Under the pieces are notes generated by a model. That model saw nothing but the letters and a program-made list of their open reading frames with translations, ran no database searches and had not been told where the DNA came from. From positions 1-46,498 of the forward strand of contig JAZNUG010000109.1 in assembly GCA_045592165.1 (NCBI GenBank): a stretch of 46,498 bases of DNA. Direction: 5' to 3'. This document shows positions 35,678 to 45,236 of the stretch, piece after piece (positions within the stretch are counted from its first letter, which is position 1; each line of letters begins with the position of its first letter). The stretch is from Clostridia bacterium. GTDB taxonomy: Bacteria; Bacillota; Clostridia; Christensenellales; CAG-138. The translations under genes and the position numbers were made by a program.

Positions 35678-37129
35678 CTATTCGATTATTCTGGAGGTGC
35701 CTCCCACAAGCTCGTCCCCCATCTCATTCATATCTGCCATTGTAACATCGATCTCCATGGTTTCTTCGCCCCTGATTACAGTCAGATGCATAACATCTCC
35801 AACGAAAAGCGTCTGAACATATTCAACGAACGCTTCCTGGGTGGTAACGTCAATTCCGTCGTATTTTACGATAATGTCATCCACCTTCAGGCCGGCCTTA
35901 TGGGCAGAGCCGTTTCTGGTAACGCTGTAAAGGATTATGCCCTCGGGAATACCGTAATACTCTGCAGATTCTGCATCTATACCTATTACCTGTACGCCCA
36001 TGCCGGGACGAATCACCCTGCCGTTTTCTATGAGCTGGCAGACTACATCCATGGCCTGATTGATAGGTATTGCAAACGCCAGCCCTTCGGCACTTATGGA
36101 GTTGCCGTATTCATCATAGCCGGCATAGATGTTCTTTGCGGTGGTTATGCCGATCACCTCGCCCTTCATATTGAGCAGAGGGCCGCCGCTGTTGCCAAGG
36201 TTGATAGCCGCATCGGTCTGTATGAAGTTGTTTGTCCTTCCCTCAATGTTGATGCTGCGGGCAGTAGCGCTGATTATACCGAATGTGGTGGTTCCCGCAA
36301 GCTCCGAACTTGACGGATTGCCTATGGCTATGGTAAACTCGCCCACCCTTACAGGATCGGAATTTCCAAGGGCAAGGGGCGTAAGGCCTTCCCTTTCCAC
36401 CTTGAGCACCGCCACGTCAAGGGTGGAATCAGAACCTACCACCTCTGCGTCCACCTCTTCCCGATCAGAGAAGGTTACGGTTATTTTGTCCCCGCCGCGA
36501 ATAACATGGGCATTTGTTACGATATAGCCATCGCTGGATACCACAAAGCCGCTGGCATATCCGTCCTGAATGGGCTTTTCCTCATACATCACATAGGTAT
36601 TTACGCCCACTACGCCGTCAAATACCTGCTCTACTATATCGGGAGCCGGATTTGCCGTATCGGTTATTACGGGCAAAACACCGTCAAACTCAGGCAGCTC
36701 GCGGGATATATACTCCCTGGCCTCCTGCTCCTGATATTCGTCGCCATTCTGCTGCTCTGTCTGCTCGTCGGAATTCCACTTGAAGCTGTCTTTAAAACTG
36801 TCTTTGAATCCGTCGTTAAAGAAATCTTCCAGCGCATCTTCTATATCCTGGCCGATACCGGGGGCTTTTTCTTCAATATTGCCAACTGCGCTCCTGATAC
36901 CGGATATTGCCAGCGCTGTAATTCCGCTGCCTATGGCAATACCAAGCAGCAGGCAAAGCACGCCTGTAAGGATGTATCCGCCGGCGCCATTTCCCTTTGC
37001 CTTCTCTCTGCGTGGCGGCTCTGCGCCCGGAGTATAGCAGCCCTGCCCAGAATCCGCAGGCTGCTCATGCACGGTATTTTCATAATATTCGCCGCGGTTT
37101 TCGTTATTGTTGGTGTTGAATTCTTCCAT
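35678..37129 (-). CDS. HtrA/DegP-type trypsin-like serine protease with PDZ domain
   Basis: 483 aa with an N-terminal TM anchor, TNAHV, DVAVLK and GNSGGPL catalytic triad contexts, and a C-terminal PDZ domain. Confidence 0.92.
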   Translation of the reverse strand: MEEFNTNNNENRGEYYENTVHEQPADSGQGCYTPGAEPPRREKAKGNGAGGYILTGVLCLLLGIAIGSGITALAISGIRSAVGNIEEKAPGIGQDIEDALEDFFNDGFKDSFKDSFKWNSDEQTEQQNGDEYQEQEAREYISRELPEFDGVLPVITDTANPAPDIVEQVFDGVVGVNTYVMYEEKPIQDGYASGFVVSSDGYIVTNAHVIRGGDKITVTFSDREEVDAEVVGSDSTLDVAVLKVEREGLTPLALGNSDPVRVGEFTIAIGNPSSSELAGTTTFGIISATARSINIEGRTNNFIQTDAAINLGNSGGPLLNMKGEVIGITTAKNIYAGYDEYGNSISAEGLAFAIPINQAMDVVCQLIENGRVIRPGMGVQVIGIDAESAEYYGIPEGIILYSVTRNGSAHKAGLKVDDIIVKYDGIDVTTQEAFVEYVQTLFVGDVMHLTVIRGEETMEIDVTMADMNEMGDELVGGTSRIIE

Positions 37130-37149
37130 TTATTTTTCCTCCGGAAAAA

Positions 37150-38628
37150 TTATGTTTTCCTCAGCTTTGCAGGGGGTTTGTGGGATTCGCTTGCCCGCTT
37201 GAGGGTAAAGGTAAAGCATGTGCCCTTACCCGGCTCTGATTCCACTGTTATCTCCTGATCATGCTGATCTATTATTCGCTTTACTATTGCAAGGCCAAGG
37301 CCGGTTCCCGCACTTTCGCCCGGTGTGTGCGCCTTTTCCGCCTTATAAAACCGTTCAAAAAGATACGGTATGCTTTCTTTGTCTATGCCCTTGCCGGAAT
37401 CCCAAACGGATATAATGGCCTGCTTTTTATCCGCCTTTGCGCTGAGTCGCAGGCTGCCGCCATCCGGAGTGAACTTTATGGCATTGTCTATGAGGTTTCT
37501 CAATACCTGGGCTATCTGGGAAGGATCCGCATCCACCATAAGCTTTCTGTCTCCGATATCCAGTTCCACATCCAATCTTTTTGCATCCACTCTTGCTTCA
37601 AAGGTGAACAGGGTGCGGGTCATAAGTTCGTTTATGTCGAAGGCTTCGGTTTTCAGCAGCACCTGTCCGGATTCTATCCTTGCAAGGTCCAGCAGATCAT
37701 TTACCATTGCGGTCATGCGGCGATTTTCGTTTATAACTATCTCCAGGTACTTCCCCTGTTCCTCCACGGGGATTGTACCGTCCTGCATAGCCTCAAGGAA
37801 GCCGCGCATAGAGGTAAGCGGAGACCGCAGCTCATGGGACACATTCGCAACAAAGCTGCGCCTTGCCTCCTCCAATGTATTCAGGCCGTCTGCCATAGTA
37901 TTGAAGCTTTTACCTAGCTGGCTAACTTCATCCTCACCGCCGTCATCCTGCACTCTTAAATCAAATTCCCCTTTGGAGTACCTCTTTACTATCTGGTTCA
38001 TTTCGGTTATGGGCTTTGTCATTTTGCCGGTTATATAGGAAACCGCCATCATAGCAAATACCACCGCAATGCAGGAATACAGCAGCATATCCATACGCAT
38101 CTTCCGTATGGATACCTGTATGTCGCTTGTATCGGTATGCATTACCAACGCAGCAACTATTTCTCCGTCCTCTGTAAATATAGGGCATGTAAGTGACATT
38201 ACCGGCATTTCCGCGTAGTTTTTTGCCAGCCTGTCGGTTATAGTTGTGCCATCGTTTTTATGAAATATATCGCTGACTATTTCAGAAACATCCATATCCG
38301 CACAGGCCGCCCATTTGTCCATGGATTCTTCATCCATAAACACACATCTGCCCAGCTTGTCATCCGCGAACTGGACAATCATCATTGCGTCGTATCTTCG
38401 GGCAATGGTAAGCAGCTCGTTCTGCGCCACAGCCCGCTTATCCTCATCCATATACCGCTCGGTTATTACCAACGCAATCTCTGCAGCCTCGCGGTTAAGC
38501 TCCTGCTGTTTTTCGGATATGTACTGATTATAAAACACAGCGCCGACCGTAAAGCCAAAGAGCAGCAGCAGCCCCAGCATTACGGCCAGATATGTGGTCA
38601 GCATTCTTGAAAACAGCGTTTTTTGCAT
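37150..38628 (-). CDS. Sensor histidine kinase (two TM segments, HAMP, HisKA, HATPase_c)
   Basis: H-box SHELRSPLT, N-box LRNLIDNAIKFT and G-boxes GTGLGLAIVK. Confidence 0.92.
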   Translation of the reverse strand: MQKTLFSRMLTTYLAVMLGLLLLFGFTVGAVFYNQYISEKQQELNREAAEIALVITERYMDEDKRAVAQNELLTIARRYDAMMIVQFADDKLGRCVFMDEESMDKWAACADMDVSEIVSDIFHKNDGTTITDRLAKNYAEMPVMSLTCPIFTEDGEIVAALVMHTDTSDIQVSIRKMRMDMLLYSCIAVVFAMMAVSYITGKMTKPITEMNQIVKRYSKGEFDLRVQDDGGEDEVSQLGKSFNTMADGLNTLEEARRSFVANVSHELRSPLTSMRGFLEAMQDGTIPVEEQGKYLEIVINENRRMTAMVNDLLDLARIESGQVLLKTEAFDINELMTRTLFTFEARVDAKRLDVELDIGDRKLMVDADPSQIAQVLRNLIDNAIKFTPDGGSLRLSAKADKKQAIISVWDSGKGIDKESIPYLFERFYKAEKAHTPGESAGTGLGLAIVKRIIDQHDQEITVESEPGKGTCFTFTLKRASESHKPPAKLRKT

Positions 38629-38643
38629 CAGTTATCCTTACAG

Positions 38644-39324
38644 TTATTTTTCGGTTTCGAATTTGTACCCTACGCCCCAAACGGTCTTTATCTGCCATTC
38701 GCTGCGTTCGCCAAGCTTTTCCCTTATGCGCTTTACATGCACGTCAACAGTGCGGGAATCGCCAAAGAAATCAAATCCCCACACCTGCTCCAGCAGCTGC
38801 TCGCGGGTAAACACCTTGCCGGGACGCGCAGCGAGGAAATAAAGCAGTTCAATTTCTTTGGGAGGCATTTCCACCTGCTTGCCGTCCAGTATTACGGAAT
38901 AGTTGTCCAGAGATACGGAAAGATTCGGGAAGACAACGCATTTTTCTTCCTCTGCGGAACTGCTTCTTCGCATTACCGCCTTTATGCGGGCAATAAGTTC
39001 CTTTGCTTCGAAGGGCTTTGCCATATAGTCGTCTGCACCCAGGTCAAGTCCCTGTATACGGTCGGTAGTGTCGCCCTTTGCGGTAAGCATAATCACAGGC
39101 ACAGAGCTTTCCTCGCGAAGCTTTGCCAGCACTTCCCAGCCATCCATGCCGGGCAGCATAACATCCAGAACAACCAGAGAGGGTGCCGCCTTGCGGAAGG
39201 CCTCTATTGCGGTATCACCCCGCTCACAGGTAACCACATCATATCCTTCTTTTTTAAGGTACATTTCGATTATTGCCAGAATATTGCGGTCATCATCAAT
39301 CACCAGTATGGTGTTCTTATCCAT
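38644..39324 (-). CDS. OmpR-family response regulator
   Basis: Receiver domain (ILVIDDD...DVMLPGMDG...LTAK) plus a winged-helix C-terminus (...TVWGVGYKF). Confidence 0.95.
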   Translation of the reverse strand: MDKNTILVIDDDRNILAIIEMYLKKEGYDVVTCERGDTAIEAFRKAAPSLVVLDVMLPGMDGWEVLAKLREESSVPVIMLTAKGDTTDRIQGLDLGADDYMAKPFEAKELIARIKAVMRRSSSAEEEKCVVFPNLSVSLDNYSVILDGKQVEMPPKEIELLYFLAARPGKVFTREQLLEQVWGFDFFGDSRTVDVHVKRIREKLGERSEWQIKTVWGVGYKFETEK

Positions 39325-39355
39325 ATCTTTGTTCTCACTTTCCTGTTTGTGTGTT

Positions 39356-39787
39356 TCATTTTGTTTCGATGGTTATTCCGTTCCTTTTGAACAGAGCCGC
39401 AGTTACCCCATCCCCCGTTTTTTTGCTGCCGGAAAAGCTGCCGTCGTATATGCGTCCGCATCCGCAGGATGGGCTGTATGCCTTAAGCACAGCATGGGAT
39501 ACTCCCCGCTCCATACACAGGCAAAGGGCCGCCTGCGCTCCGGCAACGTATTCTGCCGTAACGTCTTTTCCGCTGACGGATATAACCTTTGCCCTGCCGT
39601 CCAGCACGTCGTTTCCGTCTCCGCCAACTATCTCGGCAGGCTCTCTGGGAATGGACAATCCGCCCATCACCTCGGGACATATGCACAATGCACCCTTTTC
39701 CTTAAGGGCAACGGCCTGACTGTCAGGCTTGGCTGTGCCGTCATAGCGGCATGCCCTGCCGCAAAGGCACCATGAAACTGCTACCAT
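39356..39787 (-). CDS. DUF523 (YbbK/TudS-like) family protein
   Basis: VSWCLCGRACRYDG N-terminal cysteine motif and the later PSCG motif. The start could be ATG 39787 or GTG 39799. Confidence 0.8.
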   Translation of the reverse strand: MVAVSWCLCGRACRYDGTAKPDSQAVALKEKGALCICPEVMGGLSIPREPAEIVGGDGNDVLDGRAKVISVSGKDVTAEYVAGAQAALCLCMERGVSHAVLKAYSPSCGCGRIYDGSFSGSKKTGDGVTAALFKRNGITIETK

Positions 39788-39856
39788 AAATGATACCACC
39801 CAAATATGAACCTGGTATGAATGAAATCAAGCAAATTGGGGCTTTTTGCTATGAAA

Positions 39857-42214
39857 TTATTTAAGAGGCTTCAGTGTTGCCACCGTGACACCCGCATCGC
39901 CCTCGCCGTAATTGCCAAGGCGGAAGGACTTTATCCGCTTATTTGTACGAAGATAGTCCTGTATACCTGCCCTCAGTGCGCCGGTGCCCTTGCCATGGAT
40001 TATGTTTATCTCGCTGAGACCGGAAAGGGATGCATTATCTATATATCTGTCCACAACAAGAATCGCATCGTCCACCAGCATGCCCCTGATATCCAGTTCC
40101 ATGCCTACCTGACGATCCTTTTCAAGGCGTATCTTGCCTGCGCCTTTCTGGGGCGTATCGTCCTGTGCCATGCGAAGGTCGGCAAGTTTTACGGTTACTT
40201 TCATAACTCCCGCCTGAACCTGCACATCGCCCTTTGCATCCGGTGTCGAAAGCACCGTTGCCTTTTTATCCAATGAAACTATGCGCACAGTATCGCCTGG
40301 TTTAACGGTTTTGGGAGGTTTTGTGCTGTCCTCGGTTGGCAGCACCATGGGCTCTGCAAGGTCTCCCTCCCGTTTCCTTAAAGAATCGCGGGATTGCTGA
40401 ATCACTCTATCCGCCGCCCGCTGATCCACAGAGCGTATTTTTCTTATATCCGCCACAAGCTTATCCATCTCCCGGCGGGTTTCATCCACTATCCTGCGGG
40501 CATCTTCACGGGCCTTTGCCTGCAACTTTGCCTTATCCTGAGCAAGCTTCTTTCGCTCGGCTTCGGTTTCCGCCCTGAGCCTGTCCAGCTCCCGGCGGGC
40601 TTCCTTTGCCATGGCCCGCTCCTCCTCCGCCAGCTGATAGCTGCTCTGGGCGCTGGATATAACATCCTCAAAGCGCAGATCTTCGCTTTTGAGGTATCCC
40701 CTTGCGCCGTCTATTATGCTTTCGGACAGTCCCAGCCTTCTGGATATTTCAAATGCATTGGACTTGCCGGGAATACCTATAAACAGCCTGTAAGTGGGAC
40801 AAAGCCTGTCCACGTCAAATTCCATGGACGCATTTTCTATTCCGTCGCGGGTAAGAGCAAACGCCTTCACCTCGCTGTAATGTGTGGTTGCCACGGTAAC
40901 TGTGCTCCGGGAATGCAGTTCTTCCAATATGCTCATAGCAAGGGCCGCGCCCTCGATGGGGTCTGTGCCTGCTCCAAGCTCATCCAGCAATACCAGAGAA
41001 GCATCATCCGCTCCCTCAAGTATTCCGACTATATTCGTCATATGGGAGGAGAAGGTGGAAAGGCTCTGTTCGATGGACTGTTCGTCGCCTATATCCGCAT
41101 ATATGTTATCGAACACCGATACCTCGCTGCCAATATCCGCAGGAATAAACATTCCGCTCTGTGCCATAAGGGAGAAAAGGCCTACTGTTTTCAGCGTTAC
41201 GGTTTTGCCGCCGGTGTTGGGGCCAGTGATTATAAGCGTCCTGAAATCCCTGCCCAGCCATATATCTATGGGACGTACTGTTTCGTTTGGGATCAGCGGA
41301 TGGCGGCCCTGAACGATTCGAATATAGCCCTTATCATTGAGCTTGGGCTCCACGGCCCGCATATCCTTTGCAAGCTTCGCCTTGGCAAAAACCAGATCCA
41401 GTTCTGACATTATCCTGATATTTTCCAGGATTTCGGAAGAGTATGGAGCAACAAGGGCAGTAAGTTCAGCAAGGATGCGCTCTATTTCTTCCTGCTCCTG
41501 CCCCAGCAGCTTCTTGTATTCATTGCCCAGCTCAACCACCGCCGCAGGCTCGATAAACAGCGTAGCGCCGCTGCCGGACTGATCGTGAATAAGTCCGGGT
41601 ACATTCTGGCGGTATTCCTGCTTTACAGGTATTACAAACCTGCCGTTGCGTATGGTGATAAGGGGTTCCTGAAGGTATTTTGAATAGGCGGCGGAGCGTA
41701 TCATGCTGCCAAGCCGCTCCCTCACCCTCTCGTTTGTCTGGCGCATTGCCCTGCGTATCCTTGCAAGCTCAGGAGATGCTCCGTCAAATATCTCCTCCTC
41801 GCCCAGGATACAGCGGTCTATTTCCTCCTCAACGGAACGGTGGGCGCTCATATATTCCGCAAGGTTATTGAGCAGCACGTGGCCCGGTTCCCGCTGTATG
41901 GATTCCTTTGCAAGGCGGGCAGCCCTGAGACACTTTGCTATGCCCATAAGTTCTGCGGGAGAAACAAACAGCGCCGCATGAATCCGCTTTAAACACTCCC
42001 GCATGTCCGGGAAAGAATCTACAGGAGAACGGCCTATGCGTATATACATGCTTTCTGCTTCCGAGGTAAGAGCCAGGGAATTCTTAACCACCTCAAAATC
42101 TCCGGAGGGTCGCAAAGCCTCCGCCAGCTCCTCACCGCCGCAGGTGACGGTTTTGGCCCGCAGCATTTCCGCTATTTTATCGTATTCAAGTGTTTTGAGT
42201 ACCTTGTCCTGCAT
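39857..42214 (-). CDS. mutS2: Endonuclease MutS2 (MutS domains plus C-terminal Smr)
   Basis: Walker A GPNTGGKT and the Smr domain ELDIRGM...IIHGKGTGALR. I moved the start to ATG 42214 (MQDKVLKTLEYDK), which has a GGAGAG SD. Confidence 0.95.
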   Translation of the reverse strand: MQDKVLKTLEYDKIAEMLRAKTVTCGGEELAEALRPSGDFEVVKNSLALTSEAESMYIRIGRSPVDSFPDMRECLKRIHAALFVSPAELMGIAKCLRAARLAKESIQREPGHVLLNNLAEYMSAHRSVEEEIDRCILGEEEIFDGASPELARIRRAMRQTNERVRERLGSMIRSAAYSKYLQEPLITIRNGRFVIPVKQEYRQNVPGLIHDQSGSGATLFIEPAAVVELGNEYKKLLGQEQEEIERILAELTALVAPYSSEILENIRIMSELDLVFAKAKLAKDMRAVEPKLNDKGYIRIVQGRHPLIPNETVRPIDIWLGRDFRTLIITGPNTGGKTVTLKTVGLFSLMAQSGMFIPADIGSEVSVFDNIYADIGDEQSIEQSLSTFSSHMTNIVGILEGADDASLVLLDELGAGTDPIEGAALAMSILEELHSRSTVTVATTHYSEVKAFALTRDGIENASMEFDVDRLCPTYRLFIGIPGKSNAFEISRRLGLSESIIDGARGYLKSEDLRFEDVISSAQSSYQLAEEERAMAKEARRELDRLRAETEAERKKLAQDKAKLQAKAREDARRIVDETRREMDKLVADIRKIRSVDQRAADRVIQQSRDSLRKREGDLAEPMVLPTEDSTKPPKTVKPGDTVRIVSLDKKATVLSTPDAKGDVQVQAGVMKVTVKLADLRMAQDDTPQKGAGKIRLEKDRQVGMELDIRGMLVDDAILVVDRYIDNASLSGLSEINIIHGKGTGALRAGIQDYLRTNKRIKSFRLGNYGEGDAGVTVATLKPLK

Positions 42215-42227
42215 ATATCTCTCCAAA

Positions 42228-44303
42228 TTAATCAACAGGCCTGTTCCAGTGTCCGCGGGTAGCATTATCCACCGGGGACACGGTTCTGCCCTCACGGGAA
42301 GCAACAGCTGCCCCGATGCGCTCGGATACCGCTTCAGGACTTTCATCATAAAATGCCAGCTGTACCGCTTCCGGCCTGGGCAGTTCACCGTACAGGTCGG
42401 TTATGTCTGTGGGCAGGCAATTCAAAAGCCTGAGCAGGCACCCATCCGCCTGACGAATATTGCGAAGGGGGAATTCCCTTCCCGCTTCGTCCTGCATCAT
42501 GCCTGCATTTCCTTTGCAATTCTGACATCCCCGCTGTTCCTTAAGGGTGCAGTGACGCAGCTGCATAAGCTGTGTTCTGCCATAAATACTCACAGCAGTA
42601 CCGCAGCCTGTAATATCCCTGAGCTGAGGGCGGGTAAGTTCCAGGGAAAGAGTCACCCTGTCAAAGCCCATATCTCGGTATGCTGCGGCAGTATATGAGT
42701 TTGTGATATTCATCTGGCTGCCTGCTATCTTCAGGGGCAGATCCTTTATCAGCTCAAACTGACCCATATTTGCGGCGATTGCACCATCCACAAGGCCGGA
42801 TGAGCATATTTTTCTTATTTTTCCCCTTTCCGCTTCGCTTATTATAACAGCGGGCAGCGAGATAAGCAGCTTAGCCCTGTTCCTGTATTCAGTCAAAGCG
42901 GCAAAGTTTTCTTCATTATATTCCCATGGTTCCAGCGCAACCTCATCCGCTCCTGCGGCAAATGCCGCGGCAGCCTGCTCTGCGTTGCTGACTATTGCAG
43001 TTATTGCAGTATTCTCACTGGGAATGTTCTTTATCTTATTTACGGATGGTTCGTCTGCTTCACGTCGGATAAGCAGGGCATCCTGAAGTTTTTCCGCTGC
43101 ATCCCGGCGCAATGCATTAACGCTGCTCATGGGAAGGAAGGCCCATTCATTAACATTGACCGTGCAATCCTCCGCATAAAACGGAGTGTCTCCCAGCTTC
43201 ATTGCCTGGGCAGCATACCGCTGTGCATCCTGCGGCTTTTGAGCCTGCTGAACAACATCCCCCTGTACGGATACGGCTGTGTTCCCGGAAGATATGGTCA
43301 GCTCCGCAGGACTATCCGGCTGCATATTAAGGCTAAGCTCTACCCTCCGCTTGCGGGTATCCTTTTCATATGTACGGGCGGCATTTGCAATAAGTTCCTT
43401 TGAGCTGTCGCTCTTTGCAATCCATCCGGTCTTTGCATTGTCGCCGTAAAAATATCCGGTACATCCGCCGCCACGGTCAAACATATCCAGCATATCCTTT
43501 TTATGACGGGCGATGGTGTTTTTATCCGCTCCGTCCAGCGCCTCACGGTAGGCTCGTGTTATAACCGCAACATACTCTGCCCTCTTCATGCGGCCCTCAA
43601 GCTTCAGGCAGGATACGCCTGCCTTTTCCATATCCTTGAGATGCTCTATCATACAGAGGTCGCCAAGGCTCAGAGCGTAGTCATTCTTTCCGGGAGCCTT
43701 GTCTATTGCCATAAGCTTGCGGCAGGGCTGAGCACAGGTGCCCCTGTTTCCGCTGCGCTCTCCTGCCATAGAGGACAGCAGGCAACCGCCGGAAAAGCTC
43801 ATGCACAGCGCGCCGTGGGCAAAGGCTTCAAGTTCTATCGGAGATGCCGCCCTGATATTTGCAATTTCACAAAGGGGAACCTCCCGGGACAGCACTGCGC
43901 GCTCCATACCCATGGCATATACTGCATTTGCCCCCTCAGGAGAATGAATTCCCATCTGAGTGCTGGCATGGAGAGGAAGTTCCGGAATCTCTTTTCTGAG
44001 AAACGCAGCAAGGCCTATATCCTGTATAATTGCGGCATCCACACCGGCTCTGCATAAAAATGCAGCATACTTTGCCGCATCGGACAGTTCTTTATCCAGC
44101 ATAAGAATATTCAGCGTAACATATACCTTCACCCCGCGGACATGGCAATAATCCAACGCCTGCTGAAGATCAGCGTTGGTAAAATTAGCGGCAAAACGCC
44201 TTGCATTAAATGCGCTGCCTCCCATATAAACCGCATCTGCGCCGTTATTTACTGCGGCCCGCATTGCCTCATGGCTGCCTGCCGGGGAAAGAAGTTCCAT
44301 CAT
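42228..44303 (-). CDS. U32 family peptidase-like protein, long two-module form
   Basis: 691 aa. The N-terminal U32 barrel (MELLSPAGS...GADAVY...) carries a Cys-rich region. A second barrel-like module carries a CxxC cluster (CTLKEQRGCQNCKG). Confidence 0.9.
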   Translation of the reverse strand: MMELLSPAGSHEAMRAAVNNGADAVYMGGSAFNARRFAANFTNADLQQALDYCHVRGVKVYVTLNILMLDKELSDAAKYAAFLCRAGVDAAIIQDIGLAAFLRKEIPELPLHASTQMGIHSPEGANAVYAMGMERAVLSREVPLCEIANIRAASPIELEAFAHGALCMSFSGGCLLSSMAGERSGNRGTCAQPCRKLMAIDKAPGKNDYALSLGDLCMIEHLKDMEKAGVSCLKLEGRMKRAEYVAVITRAYREALDGADKNTIARHKKDMLDMFDRGGGCTGYFYGDNAKTGWIAKSDSSKELIANAARTYEKDTRKRRVELSLNMQPDSPAELTISSGNTAVSVQGDVVQQAQKPQDAQRYAAQAMKLGDTPFYAEDCTVNVNEWAFLPMSSVNALRRDAAEKLQDALLIRREADEPSVNKIKNIPSENTAITAIVSNAEQAAAAFAAGADEVALEPWEYNEENFAALTEYRNRAKLLISLPAVIISEAERGKIRKICSSGLVDGAIAANMGQFELIKDLPLKIAGSQMNITNSYTAAAYRDMGFDRVTLSLELTRPQLRDITGCGTAVSIYGRTQLMQLRHCTLKEQRGCQNCKGNAGMMQDEAGREFPLRNIRQADGCLLRLLNCLPTDITDLYGELPRPEAVQLAFYDESPEAVSERIGAAVASREGRTVSPVDNATRGHWNRPVD

Positions 44304-44317
44304 ATGCTGAATTCCTC

Positions 44318-44350
44318 AAAAAAGCGGCCTAAGGTAAGCCCCCAAGCCGC
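44318..44350 (-). terminator. Possible terminator after zapA
   Basis: On the minus strand, GCGGC...GCCGC followed by TTTTTT. The stem is short and the loop large. Confidence 0.45.
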
Positions 44351-44367
44351 ATGTTGCTAGATTATTT

Positions 44368-44682
44368 TTACTTAACGGTGGCAGTCGCCTTAGTTTCGAA
44401 GGGACGCTTTACCGGCATTGTCTGGCGGGGCATTTCCCGCAGTTCGGATATGCGGGAATCCAGCGCATCGTAATCCTCGCGAAGCTTATGCAGCTCATCG
44501 GAAAGATTGAGTGCGGCAAGCATAAGGCAGTTTGCGGTGCTGAGATTGGGATATTGACTCTGCACCTCATCCACCTTTTCATTAACATAGCCGGCTATGC
44601 GGCGAATATATTCATCGCTGTCATCAGAGGCGAGACGAAGCTCCTGCCCTGCAATATAGACCGTTACACGATTTTTATCCAT
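44368..44682 (-). CDS. zapA: Cell division protein ZapA
   Basis: MDKNRVTVYIAGQELRL... followed by a helical C-terminus, with the typical ZapA layout. ATG 44682 is preferred over the track TTG 44700. Confidence 0.85.
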   Translation of the reverse strand: MDKNRVTVYIAGQELRLASDDSDEYIRRIAGYVNEKVDEVQSQYPNLSTANCLMLAALNLSDELHKLREDYDALDSRISELREMPRQTMPVKRPFETKATATVK

Positions 44683-44726
44683 AGTAATATGCACCACCAA
44701 TATATATAGTTTCCCTTATATGGAAA

Positions 44727-44755
44727 TTATACAATAACTTGTGTTTAAAGGCAAT
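44727..44755 (-). promoter_or_regulatory. Candidate zapA promoter
   Basis: On the minus strand, TTGCCT, a 17-nt spacer, then TATAAT. Confidence 0.5.
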
Positions 44756-44925
44756 AGGGCAACATACTTTTTTTACATTGATATATGAAGGTAATTTCCT
44801 TGTTGCACAGAGCTGTGTTACCCTCCTGCAAGCAGCAATACACCTCCTTTATTCTGTTTTTGCGCCGATTTTCCGTTAAGATTCAATTATTTTTTAAAAA
44901 TTTTGAACTTTTTTTGAAAAACCCG

Positions 44926-44953
44926 TTGACAATTGAATTTTTATCCATATAAT
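44926..44953 (+). promoter_or_regulatory. Near-consensus sigma-A promoter for the lysine riboswitch transcript
   Basis: TTGACA (44926-44931), a 16-nt spacer, then TATAAT (44948-44953). Confidence 0.65.
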
Positions 44954-44959
44954 AGGGGC

Positions 44960-45135
44960 TAAGCGAATGATAGAGGAGCGAAAAACAAGAGTAAGTTCGC
45001 AAATGCGGCAGACACCGCAGAGCCAAAAGGGTTTTTCGCCGAAGTGCCGATTTTTTGTCTGAAGCATCGGTGCTGGGCCGGCAGATAACATCTTCCGGAC
45101 TGTCACTTAAAAAGTGGAGCGCTGTCATGAACAAC
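44960..45135 (+). promoter_or_regulatory. Lysine riboswitch (L-box)
   Basis: Contains ATAGAGGAGCGAA, AAGAGTA, AAAAGGG, TCGCCGAAG, TGCTGGGCCGG, GGACTGTCAC and GTGGAGCGCT in the order and spacing of the L-box consensus. Confidence 0.85.
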
Positions 45136-45172
45136 ATCCTTTATATGCCCTTGGTATGGGTATGTATGCGAG

Positions 45173-45222
45173 GTCATGATTGCGGCGTTACCGCATTCAT
45201 GGCTTAATTTTTTATATTTTTT
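45173..45222 (+). terminator. Lysine riboswitch expression-platform terminator
   Basis: GTCATGATTGCGG pairs with CCGCATTCATGGC (one mismatch), followed by TTAATTTTTTATATTTTTT, directly before the AGGAGG SD. Confidence 0.75.
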
Positions 45223-45236
45223 CAGGAGGAAACCCC

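Noticed and set aside
39857-42388. N-terminally extended track ORFs for mutS2 (42388), ligA (6519), the S41 protease (25746), metK (27517), the PP-loop ATPase (27603), GNAT (33447), EF-G (35574), DUF378 (24128) and DUF1294 (28426)
   Set aside because: The extensions lack an SD, overlap upstream genes, terminators or riboswitches, and are not part of the conserved family N-termini. Downstream start codons with proper SD spacing were used instead.
42228-44303. The U32 'collagenase' as a virulence factor
   Set aside because: The zapA-U32-mutS2 context is a conserved housekeeping neighbourhood. Members of the U32 family are now linked to RNA modification rather than collagen degradation, and there is no signal peptide.
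44756-44925. An orphan consensus SD (AAAGGAGGTG on the minus strand) in the spacer between the zapA and lysine-riboswitch promoters, possibly marking a tiny ORF
   Set aside because: The only start codons within reach are a TTG 4 nt away, which gives a 6-codon ORF, or a GTG inside the SD itself. I see no convincing promoter, so a micropeptide or leader cannot be supported from sequence alone.
44883-45137. Minus-strand ORFs of 84 and 70 aa (44883-45137, 44894-45106), and the 182-aa ORF 45222-45770
   Set aside because: The first two lie on the promoter and lysine riboswitch. The third is antisense to the clearly recognisable NhaC-family gene. None has an SD.
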